NCBI RefSeq assembly: GCF_001194135.2
Contig: NC_068992.1
Span: 42,241,166-42,305,165, forward strand
DNA from: Octopus bimaculoides
Taxonomy: Eukaryota
DNA: 64,000 nucleotides
Direction: 5' to 3'
The notes beneath the pieces are model-generated. The model ran no database searches. It was not told where the DNA came from and saw only the letters and a list, made by a program, of their open reading frames with translations. Positions 37,885-52,025 of the stretch are shown here, piece by piece (position 1 is the stretch's first letter; the number at the start of each line of letters is the position of its first letter). Both the position numbers and the translations under genes were made by a program.

Positions 37885-38239
37885 GGAGGCGCAATGGCCC
37901 AGTAGGGCAGCATATTCGCGGTCATAGGATCGCGGTTTCGTTTCCCAGACTGGGCGTTGTGAGTGTTTATTGAGCAAAAACACCTAAAGCTCCACGGGGC
38001 TCCGGCAGAGAGAGGTCGTGTCCCTGCTGTATTATTTCACCACAACTTTCTCTCACTGTTTCTGTTGTACCTGTATTTCAAAGGGCCAGACTTGTTACAC
38101 TCTGTGTTACGCTGAATCTCCCCGTTAACGGTACACGTGTCTGTGGAGCGCTCAGCCACTTAGATGTAAATTTCACGAGCAGCTGTTCCCTTGATCGGAT
38201 CAACCGGAACCCTCGTCGTCGTAACCGATGGAGTGCCAC
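37885..38239 (+). mobile_element. SINE family C
   Basis: Collinear with 27298-27655. Confidence 0.85.
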
Positions 38240-39026
38240 GATATAAATATATACATACACACGCATACATATGTATATATATACATACACACATACACAT
38301 ATCTTTATATATATATAATTTCATATATATATATATATATATAATAAATATTATATATATATAATAAATATATATATATATANNNNNNNNNNNNNNNNNN
38401 NNNNNNNNNNNNNNNNNNNNNNNNNNNNNNNNNNNNNNNNNNNNNNNNNNNNNNNNNNNNNNNNNNNNNNNNNNNNNNNNNNNNNNNNNNNNNNNNNNNN
38501 NNNNNNNNNNNNNNNNNNNNNNNNNNNNNNNNNNNNNNNNNNNNNNNAATTATAGATATAGGGCAGTCAATTGTCAATTAATTAATAAATTAATGATTAA
38601 GACGAACTTTACCCGTCGATATGAATTCGGAGATGCTGGTTCTCTTATGTGATGTTCGATGTCGCTTGATGGAATATGCATGGCTTTACTAGCATTTTCA
38701 AATTTATAATCTAGAATATCATGCTGAAGAGTGGAAGTAAATTTTTACAGAATACTAATCCCGAAACGCATCCATTATTAACTAACGACAGGTTTGTTTC
38801 GCTATTTTTCTTCTTTTGTCTATGTGAATCACGAATATCGCTATGTGTTGAAGTTGTATTGTAGTAATAGAATTAGTATTTTAACTGCTATTTCTAAATT
38901 CTCGGTATGTTGGTGAAGCAACGTTTGCGGATCCCTTAATTATGTTTATATATATATATTATATATATGTAAGCATGTATGTATATTGTGTGTGTTCGTG
39001 TGTGTTTGTGTGTGTGTGTGTGCGTG

Positions 39027-39059
<33 letters not shown>

Positions 39060-39321
39060 CAGCACGCCTTTGATGTAAGTCTGCTGAACTATCTTTATAA
39101 TGTCTAAAACTGCAATCATTACGTGGATTTTTACTTCGTAATTTTGTGTAAACTGGCGTTTCAAATACAGTCGATACAGAAACAATTGTAAGGAATCATT
39201 AAAGATGTGTAAAAGAATTGTCTTTGTCTTCTTCATATCATTTGGATAGGTGCGTGCGTGTATATGTTGTGCGTGTGTATGTGTTTGTTTGTGCGTGTGT
39301 TTATGCATGTATGTAGGTAGT

Positions 39322-39363
<42 letters not shown>

Positions 39364-39475
39364 NNNNNNNNNNNNNNNNNNNNNNNNNNNNNNNNNNNNN
39401 NNNNNNNNNNNNNNNNNNNNNNNNNNNNNNNNNNNNNNNNNNNNNNNNNNNNNNNNNNNNNNNNNNNTATATATG

Positions 39476-39511
<36 letters not shown>

Positions 39512-39512
39512 T

Positions 39513-39563
<51 letters not shown>

Positions 39564-39569
39564 TATATG

Positions 39570-40645
39570 CAGGGTGCGATGAGCAAATTTTCGTCATTTT
39601 ACATTTTTAATTTTGCGCATGCGTATTGTTTGTTTCTGATTTTGTTGACTACACAGCATAGTAGCGTCAGTTGGCATGGTCTGAGAGAAAAAGACCACCA
39701 TGACGCAATTCATTCTGCCAGAAATTTGGAAATGAAATGCTGTGCTGCTTGGCATTCGCGCCGGAATCACCAATGCGAACATTTTAGATTGCTTGAATGT
39801 CAATCTGACCACAATGCAGAGGATTCGGAAAGAGTTAGATAAGTCTAATGGTGATTACGAAGGTACGGCAGCTCGGAAAACTCCCTTTGATCGTTCTGAT
39901 AAGAAAAGAACTCCTGAATTTGTTGGTGAGATCCAGGTCATGATTGACAACATGTCATTTAGATCCATCGTCAGGGACATAGGAGTGTCTGAGATCAGGC
40001 AGGTAGTGCATGAAGACATCCGGCATTCCTCATACGAGCCGAGAAAGGCCAATTTTTATCCCAAGCCATCAAGGAGAAGAGGAAAGACCGTGCTATGAAG
40101 CTTTTGAACAAACACAAGCATCTCCTCCAACGGAACATGCTTTGGCTTTTCTCAGACGAGAAAAATTTCTGCCAGGACCAGATGGTGAACACACAGAGCA
40201 ACCGTTGGCAGGTCATGTGCCCAAAACCAGTACCGAGAGTGATAAAATTCAAACATCCAGTTAACATCATGGTGTTTGGAGGGATCACTAGTGATAGCGA
40301 CATTATGCTTTCATTCATCTTTCCACACAGTCTCAGACTGAATACAGAGGCCTACATCAAGTACCTGGAGGAGGTAGTGCTGCCCTGGGTGAAGAGGGTG
40401 ACTGTTGGAAGAACCTATGTCTGCCAACAGGACTCTGCACCATACCAAACAAGCAGGAGATCCCAGTCATGGCTGTCAGACAATTTCTGCGACCATATCA
40501 CCCTTAACATCTAACCACAGCATTCACCAATTTCAACAAGGAGACCGTCCAGAAGAGTTGCAGAACATTCCGAAGTCGTCTGGAGACCGTGGTTGAAGCC
40601 AATGGCGATTTTACTGAATTTACTCTTTAGTATTTCAGAGATATT
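39570..40645 (+). pseudogene. Tc1/mariner transposase pseudogene, DD37D (maT)-like; 5' TIR present, 3' end truncated
   Basis: Left end cagggtgcgatgagcaaattttcgtc. Frameshifted ORFs 39742-40098 (HTH region) and 40095-40514 contain WLFSDEK and QQDSAP. The SPDxNPLD segment with the third Asp is deleted. C-terminal remnant RTFRSRLETVVEANGDF. The subfamily call is tentative because the third D is missing. Confidence 0.85.
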
Positions 40646-41765
40646 AAATCCAGATAGGTACCGTTCGGGTACTCCCGTATAATCCATGTTCTGACTAACC
40701 ACAATCTAATGATAACAAACACATTGTATTTCACCCGATGGATAAGACCTGAGTTCGCTTTGTCGGATTATAAACCGTTTACATGTTATATATATACCGG
40801 ATATTAAAATAAATATGGAAAATCATGCGTCTTCGCAGTTGTTTCTTTTTTTTTTCTTATTACAGTCTCATATATAATATATTCTCTTTAAAGTTCCAAG
40901 CTTTAAGGAGAACGTGCTGTGTAAAAGATTGTAATAATTAAAAAGAAACTGAGTAGATGTTTANNNNNNNNNNNNNNNNNNNNNNNNNNNNNNNNNNNNN
41001 NNNNNNNNNNNNNNNNNNNNNNNNNNNNNNNNNNNNNNNNNNNNNNNNNNNNNNNNNNNNNNNNNNNNNNNNNNNNNNNNNNNNNNNNNNNNNNNNNNNN
41101 NNNNNNNNNNNNNNNNNNNNNNNNNNNNNNNNNNNNNNNNNNNNNNNNNNNNNNNNNNNNNNNNNNNNNNNNNNNNNNNNNNNNNNNNNNNNNNNNNNNN
41201 NNNNNNNNNNNNNNNNNNNNNNNNNNNNNNNNNNNNNNNNNNNNNNNNNNNNNNNNNNNNNNNNNNNNNNNNNNNNNNNNNNNNNNNNNNNNNNNNNNNA
41301 CACACACTCAAACTCGCACGCGCACACACACACACACACATACACACACACATTCATTAATACTTACACAGAGATTTGTATATAAACTTGAAATATACAT
41401 AATATCGCCGGGGAGAGAATTTCTGAGAAATAAGTAAATAATCTAATACAAACAGTACACTTGTAAACTCACCGCCCCGTTTTGATACAGTGTCGGTCAT
41501 AAATATCTCCCCCTTCTTTTCCTTCATAATCCTTTGATTACTTTCTCAGAAATCTTGTCAACTCTCTTCAGACATTTTTTTCTCTACGCTCCTGTATACT
41601 TTGGCTTGTGCAAAATATTCTTGCCACTCATTATCTTCCATACTTCGATATGCTTTTTTGATTAACAATTCTTTTTTTTTTCTTTTTAACCTCAGCTTTG
41701 TCATATGCACCTTCCACATACACATGCAAACACTGACTCACATGCGTAGGCCAATGGCGTGCGTT

Positions 41766-41819
<54 letters not shown>

Positions 41820-42649
41820 CACACAGATACCCTCACTCCAAATACACACAATCAACTCAATGTAGTTTATTTGCGTATATATTATTTGCGCTAACAGAGC
41901 TCATGTGAGAGTAAGTTTATGTACGTATGCAGGCTATCGATTTATCTATGTATCTGTATAAATCTATCCATCTATCTATTTCTGTATATCTATTAGTCTG
42001 TTTGTCTATCTATCTGTCTGTCTATCTATTTATCTATCCATCTATCTATCTATCTATCTATTTCTCACACACTTTTACGTACCCAGCCCCTTTCCTCAAC
42101 ATGACATCTTTTATATCACAGGAAGATATCGCTATTAATTTATTATACTAAATTACAAATATGACAAAATAGAATTTAGATTGGTTAAACTCCGCCAACT
42201 GAAGAACTGTCAAGAATGGTAACAAAGTCCAAATTGTATTTGTCTGAGTCTATAAGTTACGTTGCGGGGAAGAGTGATTCCGACAAGAGTCCTTCTGCAG
42301 CGTAGAACATTCATCAACAATTTTCAGTTTCTTCTCCCAGCAACAAGCGCCGATGGTACCATCCAACTCTCCTTGAATTTTGATTGATTCGATTAAACTA
42401 CAAAATGAACACGTGCCAAAATATTTGCATATTCTTGCATTATGGATATGCTTTGACGAAATTTTTGAAAGTTGGTTGATCATTAGTATACAACCGTTTC
42501 GAGACTGACGGCTGGTTATACGGTATTGATCTCTTGGTTCTGTGTACCCTGCTTTCACTATTCATTTCAGATATCTTTGTAGTTGATAAAGGACATACTT
42601 TTTAACCTTGGCCCAGCGTAACATCTTGGATTTGACAGCAGGTGGACAG

Positions 42650-42790
42650 GGGGCTACATTGGATGAATATGCTGAAGCAGAGTGAAATAAAGTGACTTGC
42701 TCAAGGACATATCATTGCTGCCGGAGTCAAGATTAGAACCATGAGCCTATGATAATTAACAGAATTCTCTAACCACTCGGCAACGCACTT
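42650..42790 (-). mobile_element. Old tRNA/CORE SINE head
   Basis: Reverse complement ttgccgagtggttagag...gtccttgagcaagtcactttatttcactctgc, a MIR/CORE-like motif. Confidence 0.65.
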
Positions 42791-43974
42791 TTACAATAAT
42801 TTGTTGATAAAGAAAAGAGGATTTTGTAATAAAGTATGATCTGAAAAGATCAATAATCACAAAGAGAAAGCAAGATAAAATTAATAAGTGGATCGAAAAG
42901 TCTGAAAGTGTGTCAAATGTTTTTATATATCCTGTATAAGGAGTTGGAGAAAACTGGTGACCCGCTAATAATATACGGAGAATACTAAAAAGTCGGTGTA
43001 GCGTGGTTTGTAACGGTTGAGAAGTTTCTAGAAGATGCAGAGGGAGTAAGAAACACAACATGAATGCTAGCAGAAGAATTCACGATGAGAATTGCAGAAG
43101 GAGATTGTATAGAATGGAGAATCTATAGAGATTGTCTTTTACGAAGATGGACGAAGATATTAACATGGTGAGATCATAGTGCGGAGGAAATCAAACTAAG
43201 ATACTATACCAGGACGCATCTCTGCATTACAAGAGTAGGTTAAGAGAAGAGGTATATTATCTATGACGATAATACCACAGTACCTCTCCCTTTTGTAAAG
43301 GACGATGTGAAAAATGCAGCGTATTTGGTAATCGAATTTAGATATTATATAAAGGAGCAGTTATGTATTATATATTGAATTTGAATTGAATCTATAATAG
43401 AGCGAGAGAGAAAGCTGAGAAATTGTCTGAACATCAGCCCACTTTAATTGAATTGAAAGACATCAAATCTATGCTACTTCAACAAGCAAGGTGACCAGAT
43501 GGCGCACAGTGAATATTGAAAAACACAAAAGGTTAAAATGGCGAATATTATAAGAAATATGAGGAAGGTTAGAAGGAGTTCTACCCATTGACGTTGTAAT
43601 AACCGGATTTACAGGAATTGGATTCCTGCAACTAAATAGATCTGGATCAAGAACTCAAGCGTGACATTCAATTCTATAGTTAATAAATTACATTTATGTA
43701 ATTCCAGACAGAAGTAGTATCATTATTAATCAATTGGATAACGTTAGCCAATATACGATTTGTACAGAATTCCTTCAAATGTATTAGATGGAAGAAAACT
43801 CAGCAAACACGATTCCTAACATTGGTAAATGTCTATAATAGGATTTGATTCATACATAATCGGTAATGCATATATATTTGTGGACCCCACGATGGATTAA
43901 ATATAAGATTTCTTCCCTGGATTTGAACAGAGATTGTAGCAGAGAGATGTATCTGAAAGCTGATAGTTATTCCT

Positions 43975-44730
43975 TTCAAATCTGGCACGAAGCCAGCAAT
44001 TTCGGGGAAGAGAGTGGGTCAGTAACATGGACCCCAGTATCGAACTGGTATTTATTTTATCGATCCGTCAATAGATGAATGGCAAAGACGACAACTGTGA
44101 CATTTGAAATCAGAACGCTAAGAATTTTTCCCGATGTGCTCACAATTCTGCCAACTCGCCTCCCTCCGCCGTGAATGGAAAATACTGGTTTCAAATTTTG
44201 GCACAAGGCCAGCAACTTCGAGGCGCGGCAGTAATTTGGTTACATCGACCCCAGTATTCAACTGGTACTTATTTTATGTGACCCAAAAAGGATGGAAGGC
44301 AAAGCCGTCCTCGGCGGAATTTGAACTCATAATGTAAATGCGGGTGAGATGCTTCTAAGCTTTTTGTCCGGCATGTTAACGATTCTGCCAGTTCGCTTCC
44401 CCTCGTCGATGGATGTAAATTATTAAAATATATTTCAGTTAATTTATTCTTTCTATTTTAACGTTCTATTTTGTGTTTTGTTGAGTATATTTACGAATGG
44501 ATGTACTCTTTTATACATGATATTATGGCACTGTGTAGTAAGTAAGGTTAATGCGATCTAGTAATGCTGTATGGACCAGTAGCCAGCCCAGCGAACTGGT
44601 AGAAGCGTTAAGAACGTCGAAAAAGTGGTGCGCAGTATTTGTTCCGGATCTTTATATTCTGATTTTAAATACACAAATGTCGGCTCAGCATTCCATCCTT
44701 CTCACGGTTGATAAAAATGAGATACTAGTG
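43975..44730. mobile_element. Cluster of three SINE family B copies (43975-44165 -, 44190-44400 -, 44575-44730 +)
   Basis: Meta-like domain and tRNA head motifs are recognisable in each. Confidence 0.7.
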
Positions 44731-46554
44731 AAGTTCTGAGGACGGAGCGTGTGACGAACCCATACTCATGAGAACTGTTGGCTTTTACCTGAAGCCGAGC
44801 CCGTTATTTTATCAGTTAGAATGATAGATTTGCCAGAGGGCAGTGCATTAGCAGGACAGTCGGAACATAATCTTTCTGTATTTAGCCCGGGAGTCTGTTT
44901 TTACGTGATTAGAGTGTTGCTCAGACTATTGCCAGATCGTTGATTTGATTCCCATACCGAGAGATGCGTTATGTTCTTGAGCAACACAGTCATCTCACTT
45001 AGCTGTAGTGTTGTGTGGGAGCTAGCATGCCAAAGAATAGATCCAACGTTTCCTCTGCATGTCGAAAAAGTGACAAAAAGAGGTTGACGCAGGACTTTCG
45101 TACCGACCTCGTAAACTCTTCAATAGGCATGACTTATTTACATAAACTCACGATCAGAAATTATTCGAGGAGGGAAAATTGGTCACAGCGATCCCAAACT
45201 ACCTGATTGGAAACTGCTAGAAGGAAAAAGGACAAATTCTCCCTCAATGAGATATGAACTCTGTACGTACACGCCCATAACTAAAGACTGCAAGATATTT
45301 TGAGCGTCATTCTAACGATCACTTAACCCTGTGCTCTATCATACATGAAGCAGAGGCAGGAGAGCAGGGTTTTTCAGGAATGGTTAGGCTAATTTCATTG
45401 GTATTCTGTTACTGACGCCTGGCAAAGTGAAAAACAACGTAATGTAAGGATATGTCGGTTTTATTTGAAATAAATAGTTGTACGAGGACATTTTTTACAT
45501 GGGAGTTGCATCATGGAAGAATATTTCACCATCACGAAAAGACCAATGATAGGGTCTGTAGAATTTGAAGACCTGTAAGGAACCGACGACCTAACAATTT
45601 CGCCTTTACAGCACCCAGAACTGATCATGTAACAACCATGAAGAGATAGAAGGAAAAACGAACACAATGCTCGTCGGGATTTGAACTCAGAGAGCAGGAG
45701 GAAATGCTAAAAATCATAACCTTCAACACTTTAACGACAATACCAACGACACTGCCATATCGCAAAGTTTCCTTTAAATAACTTGTTGAGGTTATCTCTG
45801 CAAATTCTCTATGGAACTTGTAATCAACACTGATTTGTTGCGATATATCGTATCCGAGATGCCTGATTTAAATAACAATGAGATCGAAGATGGAAAATGT
45901 TTCATGGGCGTAAATGAAATATTTTAGGAGTTTTTATTCCGTCATCAGCACCCAACCTATTAACCATCCACATTGCTTAAATAGCGGTGCAACATTATTG
46001 GATATACTAACTTTACATATCAAACACAGTCCTGCCTGCTGGTTCACAAACATGTTAATGACTTGTAAGGACACCGTATTTCGTAATGCCATCATAATAT
46101 ACTACAAAGTATATCAAATGTTTTATAAGTCAATACTGAGCTCTACTGTGTTAGCAGTGCTATCAAAACACTTGTTAAGGTTACGACGTTTTCTATCTGA
46201 ATATGCTTAATGCAAACAACAATGCGATCGAAGATGGAAAAATGGGTGATGGGTATATATGCTGGCAATAATTTCTATACGAAATCTGTAGAGGTAATCG
46301 TATTTAATAGTACTGCTAACACAGAAGTATACATTATTGACTTGTAAAGCCTTTAATATACTTTGTAATATGTTATGATTGCATAACAAAGCACCGTGTT
46401 CCTACAAGTCATTAATAAGATCAGTGTAATATCAAAAATTTATGAAGCTTGTTATTCTAACACGGCTTCAAGTTTTCGCATGAAGTCAGCAGTTTACTGA
46501 GAAAGGAGGATGTCTATTACGTGAAGCCCAGTGCTCAGCGGATACTTATATTAT

Positions 46555-46682
46555 CTACCGCTAAAGCTTGAAACCAAACTCGACTTCGGTCGGATTTGGA
46601 CGCAAAAAGTTAAGAAATCGGAAGAAATGCTACTAGCCATTTTGTCTGACGTGCCTAAGATTCTGCCGAGCTCGACGCCTTA
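46555..46682 (-). mobile_element. SINE family B head, degenerate
   Basis: Reverse complement aggcgtcgagctcggcagaatcttagg...gtccaaatccgaccgaagtcgag. Confidence 0.55.
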
Positions 46683-46702
46683 GCTCAAAGTATTATCTAA
46701 GG

Positions 46703-46858
46703 CGCTGGTGCGGCTGTGTGGTAGGAAAGTTGCTTCCTAACCACATGATTCCTGTTCAGTTCCCTGCCTGACACCTTGGGCAATTGTGTTCTACTATAGC
46801 CTTGGGCCGACCAAAGACTTGTTAGTGGATTTGATAGACGCAAACTGAAAGAATACTG

Positions 46859-46907
<49 letters not shown>

Positions 46908-47113
46908 TTTGTGTCTGTTTGGGCTCCACCAGCGCTTTACTACCGATGTTGGTGTTTTAACGTCCTGTGAATTGGTGGTTCGGCAAAAGTCACTGATAGA
47001 AGATATACCGGGCTTAAAAAGAATAAATACGAGGGTCGATTCATTTGCTTCAACTTCTTGAAGTAACAAGTCGTGGCTGCAATCTAATGATTGAAACAAG
47101 TAAAAGGTAAAAG
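46703..47113 (+). mobile_element. SINE family A, older full-length copy with internal (GT)n
   Basis: Head, CORE-like domain and tail are collinear with other copies. Confidence 0.8.
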
Positions 47114-47329
47114 ACACAGGAATGCGCAAGTGTGAATTTGTACACGAATGACGTTGTATTACGTTCTCCATTTGGACCTTGAGTGTCTTGCAACAAAATA
47201 GTAACTTAGGCATTCACAGTTGTCTTTTAAGGGCCTCCGAAAAGAATTTGCTTTAGGTGTATGTCCTCGTATGTATTGCAAGAAACAGCTTGGTTTCCTT
47301 CTCTGATGTTTTAGGTCGTTCAACCTACA

Positions 47330-47476
47330 CAAGTTAATGTGTGAAAAGCAAAATCGGAATTTTGAAAGAAGCTTCTATAAAACTAGTTTTTAAACACCGA
47401 ATAGCCATGGGGGTCCACCAGAGTAGAACACGAATCAAAGGGGTCCATAGATTAAAAAAATGGCTGAAAACCCCTG
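47330..47476. mobile_element. Possible hAT-like transposon terminus
   Basis: Ends ggggtccatagattaaaaaaatggctgaaaacccctg, whose reverse complement CAGGGGTTTTCAGCC resembles hAT TIR starts. The partner TIR and TSD were not found. Confidence 0.35.
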
Positions 47477-48182
47477 ATTTAAAATAGTATTTAGAAAACA
47501 TTTTATTATTGAAAAAATCATTGCTGCGAGGTAAGTAATTGGAGAGGACAATCTTTCGGAAGCATGTATGTTTTCCCGAATTTCTTAAACAGAATACAGT
47601 AAAATTACACATTGTTCTCGTCTTGAAACTCAAGAAATATTTGTGATATCCGAATCACAATAAATAAATATCTAATTATTTGTCTTTTACGCATACTTCA
47701 TTTCGCTATGAAACACACACATAAATGCGTTCATAAAAGTCATGTTCACTCATTTCTGTTTTTATATAAACCCCTTACGATAGCAGATAATGAAGTATGA
47801 TGCGGATGGGGGTAGGGGTTTTATATTGGAAATGGCATTGCTGAAAAACAAAATGGCGGTTCATTTATGTTTGAATTCTTATTTCTATATACCGCTATCG
47901 GTAAATTGGAAACTTCATTACCAGACTTTTATTCGTTTACTATGGCTGCATTCTGGTTTGCGGTTTTCTACAGCACAGTGGCATATCAAAGAGAAACGAA
48001 GACAAATGCTTTAAAAAGCAAGAGATGACCGGGGTGGGGAAGCTATATATGTGCTTATATATATTAGTGTGTCTATATGTGTGTGTGTATGCGTGCGTGT
48101 GTGTGTGTATGTCTGTGTAAATACATATTCCATCATATTCAGGCAAACACATACATATACATGTATACTATTTTCTTTCATT

Positions 48183-48578
48183 TTATTTTATTCTTTTACT
48201 TGATTCAGTCATTTGACTGCGGCCATGCTGGAGCACCGCCTTTAGCCGAACGAATCGACCTCATGGATTATTTTTTTGTAAGCCTAGTACATTTTTTATC
48301 GGTTCCTTTGCCGAACCGCTAATGTTACGGGGGATGTAAACACGCCAACATCTATTGTAAAGCAATGGTGGGGGGACAGATACATACGAATTATATATAT
48401 ATATATATATATATGCGACGGGCTTCTTTCAGTTTCCGTCTGTCAAATCACTTACAAGGCTTTGGTCGGCCCGAGGCTATAGTAGAAGACACTTGCCCAA
48501 AGTGCTACACAGTGGGACTGAACCAAGAACCATCTGTTTGGGAAGCAAGCCTCTTACCACACAGTCATTCCTGCGCCT
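48183..48578 (-). mobile_element. Full-length SINE family A
   Basis: Complete head-to-tail match on the minus strand. Confidence 0.9.
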
Positions 48579-48620
48579 GTGTGTATGTATATACATATAT
48601 ATATGTATATAGATAGATAA

Positions 48621-48673
<53 letters not shown>

Positions 48674-49036
48674 AAAATAGATAGATAGATAGATAGATAG
48701 ACAATAAATTTAACAACCGACTTCGTTCCATATATTTAAATATATCATCTTACGTGCATTTCATTAAAGAGAATTGAATATGAATTATATGAAGAAAAAG
48801 TTATCTGATTGAATTGTCGATCCTCCGATATTGCGTAACATCCATTAGTAATCGTTAGTATTCAGACTGGGGGGTCGTCAACGTTGTCAGATAAATTACG
48901 ACAACGACTGCGATTACATAATTAATTATTATATAAAAGAAACTCTCTTGTTTTGTTGTACTCTGTGACCTACGCAACGATAGATACGAAGCCAATAATA
49001 CTTAGACTAAAACATGAGTCCTTCTCAACGTTCCTC

Positions 49037-49103
<67 letters not shown>

Positions 49104-49661
49104 NNNNNNNNNNNNNNNNNNNNNNNNNNNNNNNNNNNNNNNNNNNNNNNNNNNNNNNNNNNNNNNNNNNNACATATATATATAAAATATATATGTATGT
49201 ATACATATTAGCGATTCGGTAAATCATCCATAGATTTCTATGGAGTAGACACATATACGCTGGCGATCTTGTCCGGAAACTGGCCAGTTTGGCTGACCTC
49301 ATTGAAAAGGCTTCAGCCTTGCAGCCGAAACTGTCGACTGTATAGGGATATAATATGACTGCCGATTTTGGCCGTCTACGACTGCTGTATGTATGTATGT
49401 ATGTATGCAATTACGTACGTTGACTGCAACATCAGAGTACTTTAGCTCTTATTTCTAGCATTGTAGTGTTTAAATCTACCTCTGTCATATTTAATGACAA
49501 CTATAGTGTATCGACACTCTAAAAAGCTCGATGAAACCCTCAACTGCTCACCAATCTTCGAAACACACTTGACCGTGTCCAGAAAAGTACCAAAAGAGTA
49601 ATCGTCATGAAGTAACAAGTACACTATTTCCATCCAGCCTCTGGCTTACAAGCGTTCTCTC

Positions 49662-49740
<79 letters not shown>

Positions 49741-49972
49741 AATGAAAACGTCAGCCCTCGATGATTGTTTCCCGGCCATCACGCAGCTATTACCTGTGTC
49801 TTGAGGCACAAAGCTTCAAGAAGAGTATTAAAGGTATCAAACACAGCAATCTAGGAGAGTGAGACTGACAAGGCCAAGAGTCCGACTTTACTGCTTCCAA
49901 AAGTTCACAAAAAATAAATTATTCTGTCACTTATATACGCCACACAGAGCGAATATCCGAACTTAATTTCAG

Positions 49973-50114
49973 ATGCATCTACCTGCACAGCAATCTTCAC
50001 AGACAACCAGCAACGTTTTGAAATGTTTTTATCATGTAGCCAAGAATATGAGACATATCCATGTCGTTTTTCAGGGTCGTTTTCAAGGTCACTGCAGAGA
50101 ATTCTGAAATGCAG
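49973..50114 (+). CDS. Candidate isolated internal coding exon of an unidentified gene
   Basis: Acceptor aacttaatttcag| and donor CAG|gtaggt bound a 142-nt non-repetitive stop-free frame, (D)ASTCTAIFTDNQQRFEMFLSCSQEYETYPCRFSGSFSRSLQRILKC. No homology recognised. Confidence 0.3.
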
Positions 50115-50271
50115 GTAGGTAAGATAAGTGGTGTTGGTGTTGAAACGAGACATTGACTAAGTCTATCACACAGGTAGGGCAATGTTAGTGTGGAGTTTGA
50201 TCTCAAGAGGCAAAGAGCTGGAGCAAACACACACGAACACAAACATACACACACACATACACACACATGCG

Positions 50272-50305
<34 letters not shown>

Positions 50306-50879
50306 NNNNNNNNNNNNNNNNNNNNNNNNNNNNNNNNNNNNNNNNNNNNNNNNNNNNNNNNNNNNNNNNNNNNNNNNNNNNNNNNNNNNNNNNNNNNNNN
50401 NNNNNNNNNNNNNNNNNNNNNNNNNNNNNNNNNNNNNNNNNNNNNNNNNNNNNNNNNNNNNNNNNNNNNNNNNNNNNNNNNNNNNNNNNNNNNNNNNNNN
50501 NNNNNNNNNNNNNNNNNNNNNNNNNNNNNNNNNNNNNNNNNNNNNNNNNNNNNNNNNNNNNNNNNNNNNNNNNNNNNNNNNNNNNNNNNNNNNNNNNNNN
50601 NNNNNNNNNNNNNNNNNNNNNNNNNNNNNNNNNNNNNNNNNNNNNNNNNNNNNNNNNNNNNNNNNNNNNNNNNNNNNNNNNNNNNNNNNNNNNNNNNNNN
50701 NNNNNNNNNNNNNNNNNNNNNNNNNNNNNNNNNNNNNNNNNNNNNNNNNNNNNNNNNNNNNNNNNNNNNNNNNNNNNNNNNNTATATATATATATATATA
50801 TGAATATGTACGGCTCGATTTTGTTTTTGAGTCAGATTTATTTCATTCCTGGGTAGGAGGCCGGTCCGTCGAAGGAATA

Positions 50880-50990
50880 CTCGTTTGTACAAGGAGAGTT
50901 CAGTGGAACCGAGTGAGATGAAGTGCTTTGCTCAAGAACACAATGCATTGCCTGGCTCTGGTATCGAGTCCACAAAGCCATACCCCTCTA
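50880..50990 (-). mobile_element. tRNA/CORE SINE fragment
   Basis: gagtgagatgaagtgctttgctcaagaacacaatgc matches 25740-25790. Confidence 0.55.
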
Positions 50991-51567
50991 CATATGTATG
51001 TAATCATAATGTATAGACGTACAGACACACGCACACACACACATATTCAAAATCACACAGACATGTATATGTATGCATATATATACATACATATAGGTAC
51101 ATGTGCATATATATGTATGGACACGCAAATTCAGACTGACAGTGACAGTCTCACAGATATTGACAAACAGAAACAGTCATATATACATACATATATATAT
51201 ATCAATATCAACTAATGTTCTCTGGAACTATGGCTTAATATTTATGTAAACACGTATATGTATATAGGTGTGTATGTGTGTGCATGCCTGTATGTGTGCA
51301 AGTGTGTGTGAATATGTGTGCCTCTGCTTTCACGTGTCAACGTGCGTGTGGACGAGTTCTTCCAGGTCTAAGAAAAATGTTTGCAGAAAAACCTACCAAT
51401 TCGTTGACAACAAAATAGCAGTGGCGTCATAAAACAGCAGGAATTACCTGAAAGTTGCATAATCAAGCGAATGTTACTTTCGACTGCCTCCTTCACCCAT
51501 TGTATTTCTTCCTTTCTTTTTCCTTCTTTCTCTCCTTTGCTCTAACGATATCTGTCTGTTTGTGTGT

Positions 51568-51611
<44 letters not shown>

Positions 51612-51899
51612 TTCACTATCCTTATGCCTCTCTCTCTCTATCTATAACTCTCTCACACTCTTTCCCCCTGGTATTCTCACTCTATCTGTTCACACAAACG
51701 TGTGAACAGATATGACTTGTATAACTCAATCATAGTATGTCTGCAATTCATTGATTGAGATTATTAAGAGAGGATTATATTCATATACGCATAAGTTCGA
51801 CGCTCTGTGAGTGTGTGTGTGTGTGTGTGTATGTGTGTGTGTGTGTGTTTGTACTTGTAGAGAAGTGTGGATGGATGGATTAAGTGTGTGTGTGTGTAT

Positions 51900-51991
51900 G
51901 CATGAATGTATATAGCTGTATATAGGTATGTATCTATAAATATGCTTATACATTTATATATTATATGCATATATGTATACATATCTGTCTG

Positions 51992-52025
<34 letters not shown>

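Noticed and set aside
42840-43860. Purine-rich tract that looks like decayed coding sequence
   Set aside because: Stops occur in all frames and no motif was recognised.
49296-49340. Hammerhead-like ttgaaaa-GGCT..AGCC-GAAAC-tGTC
   Set aside because: The core has two substitutions, there is no stem I, and a competing AAGGCT/AGCCTT hairpin exists. At most a relic.
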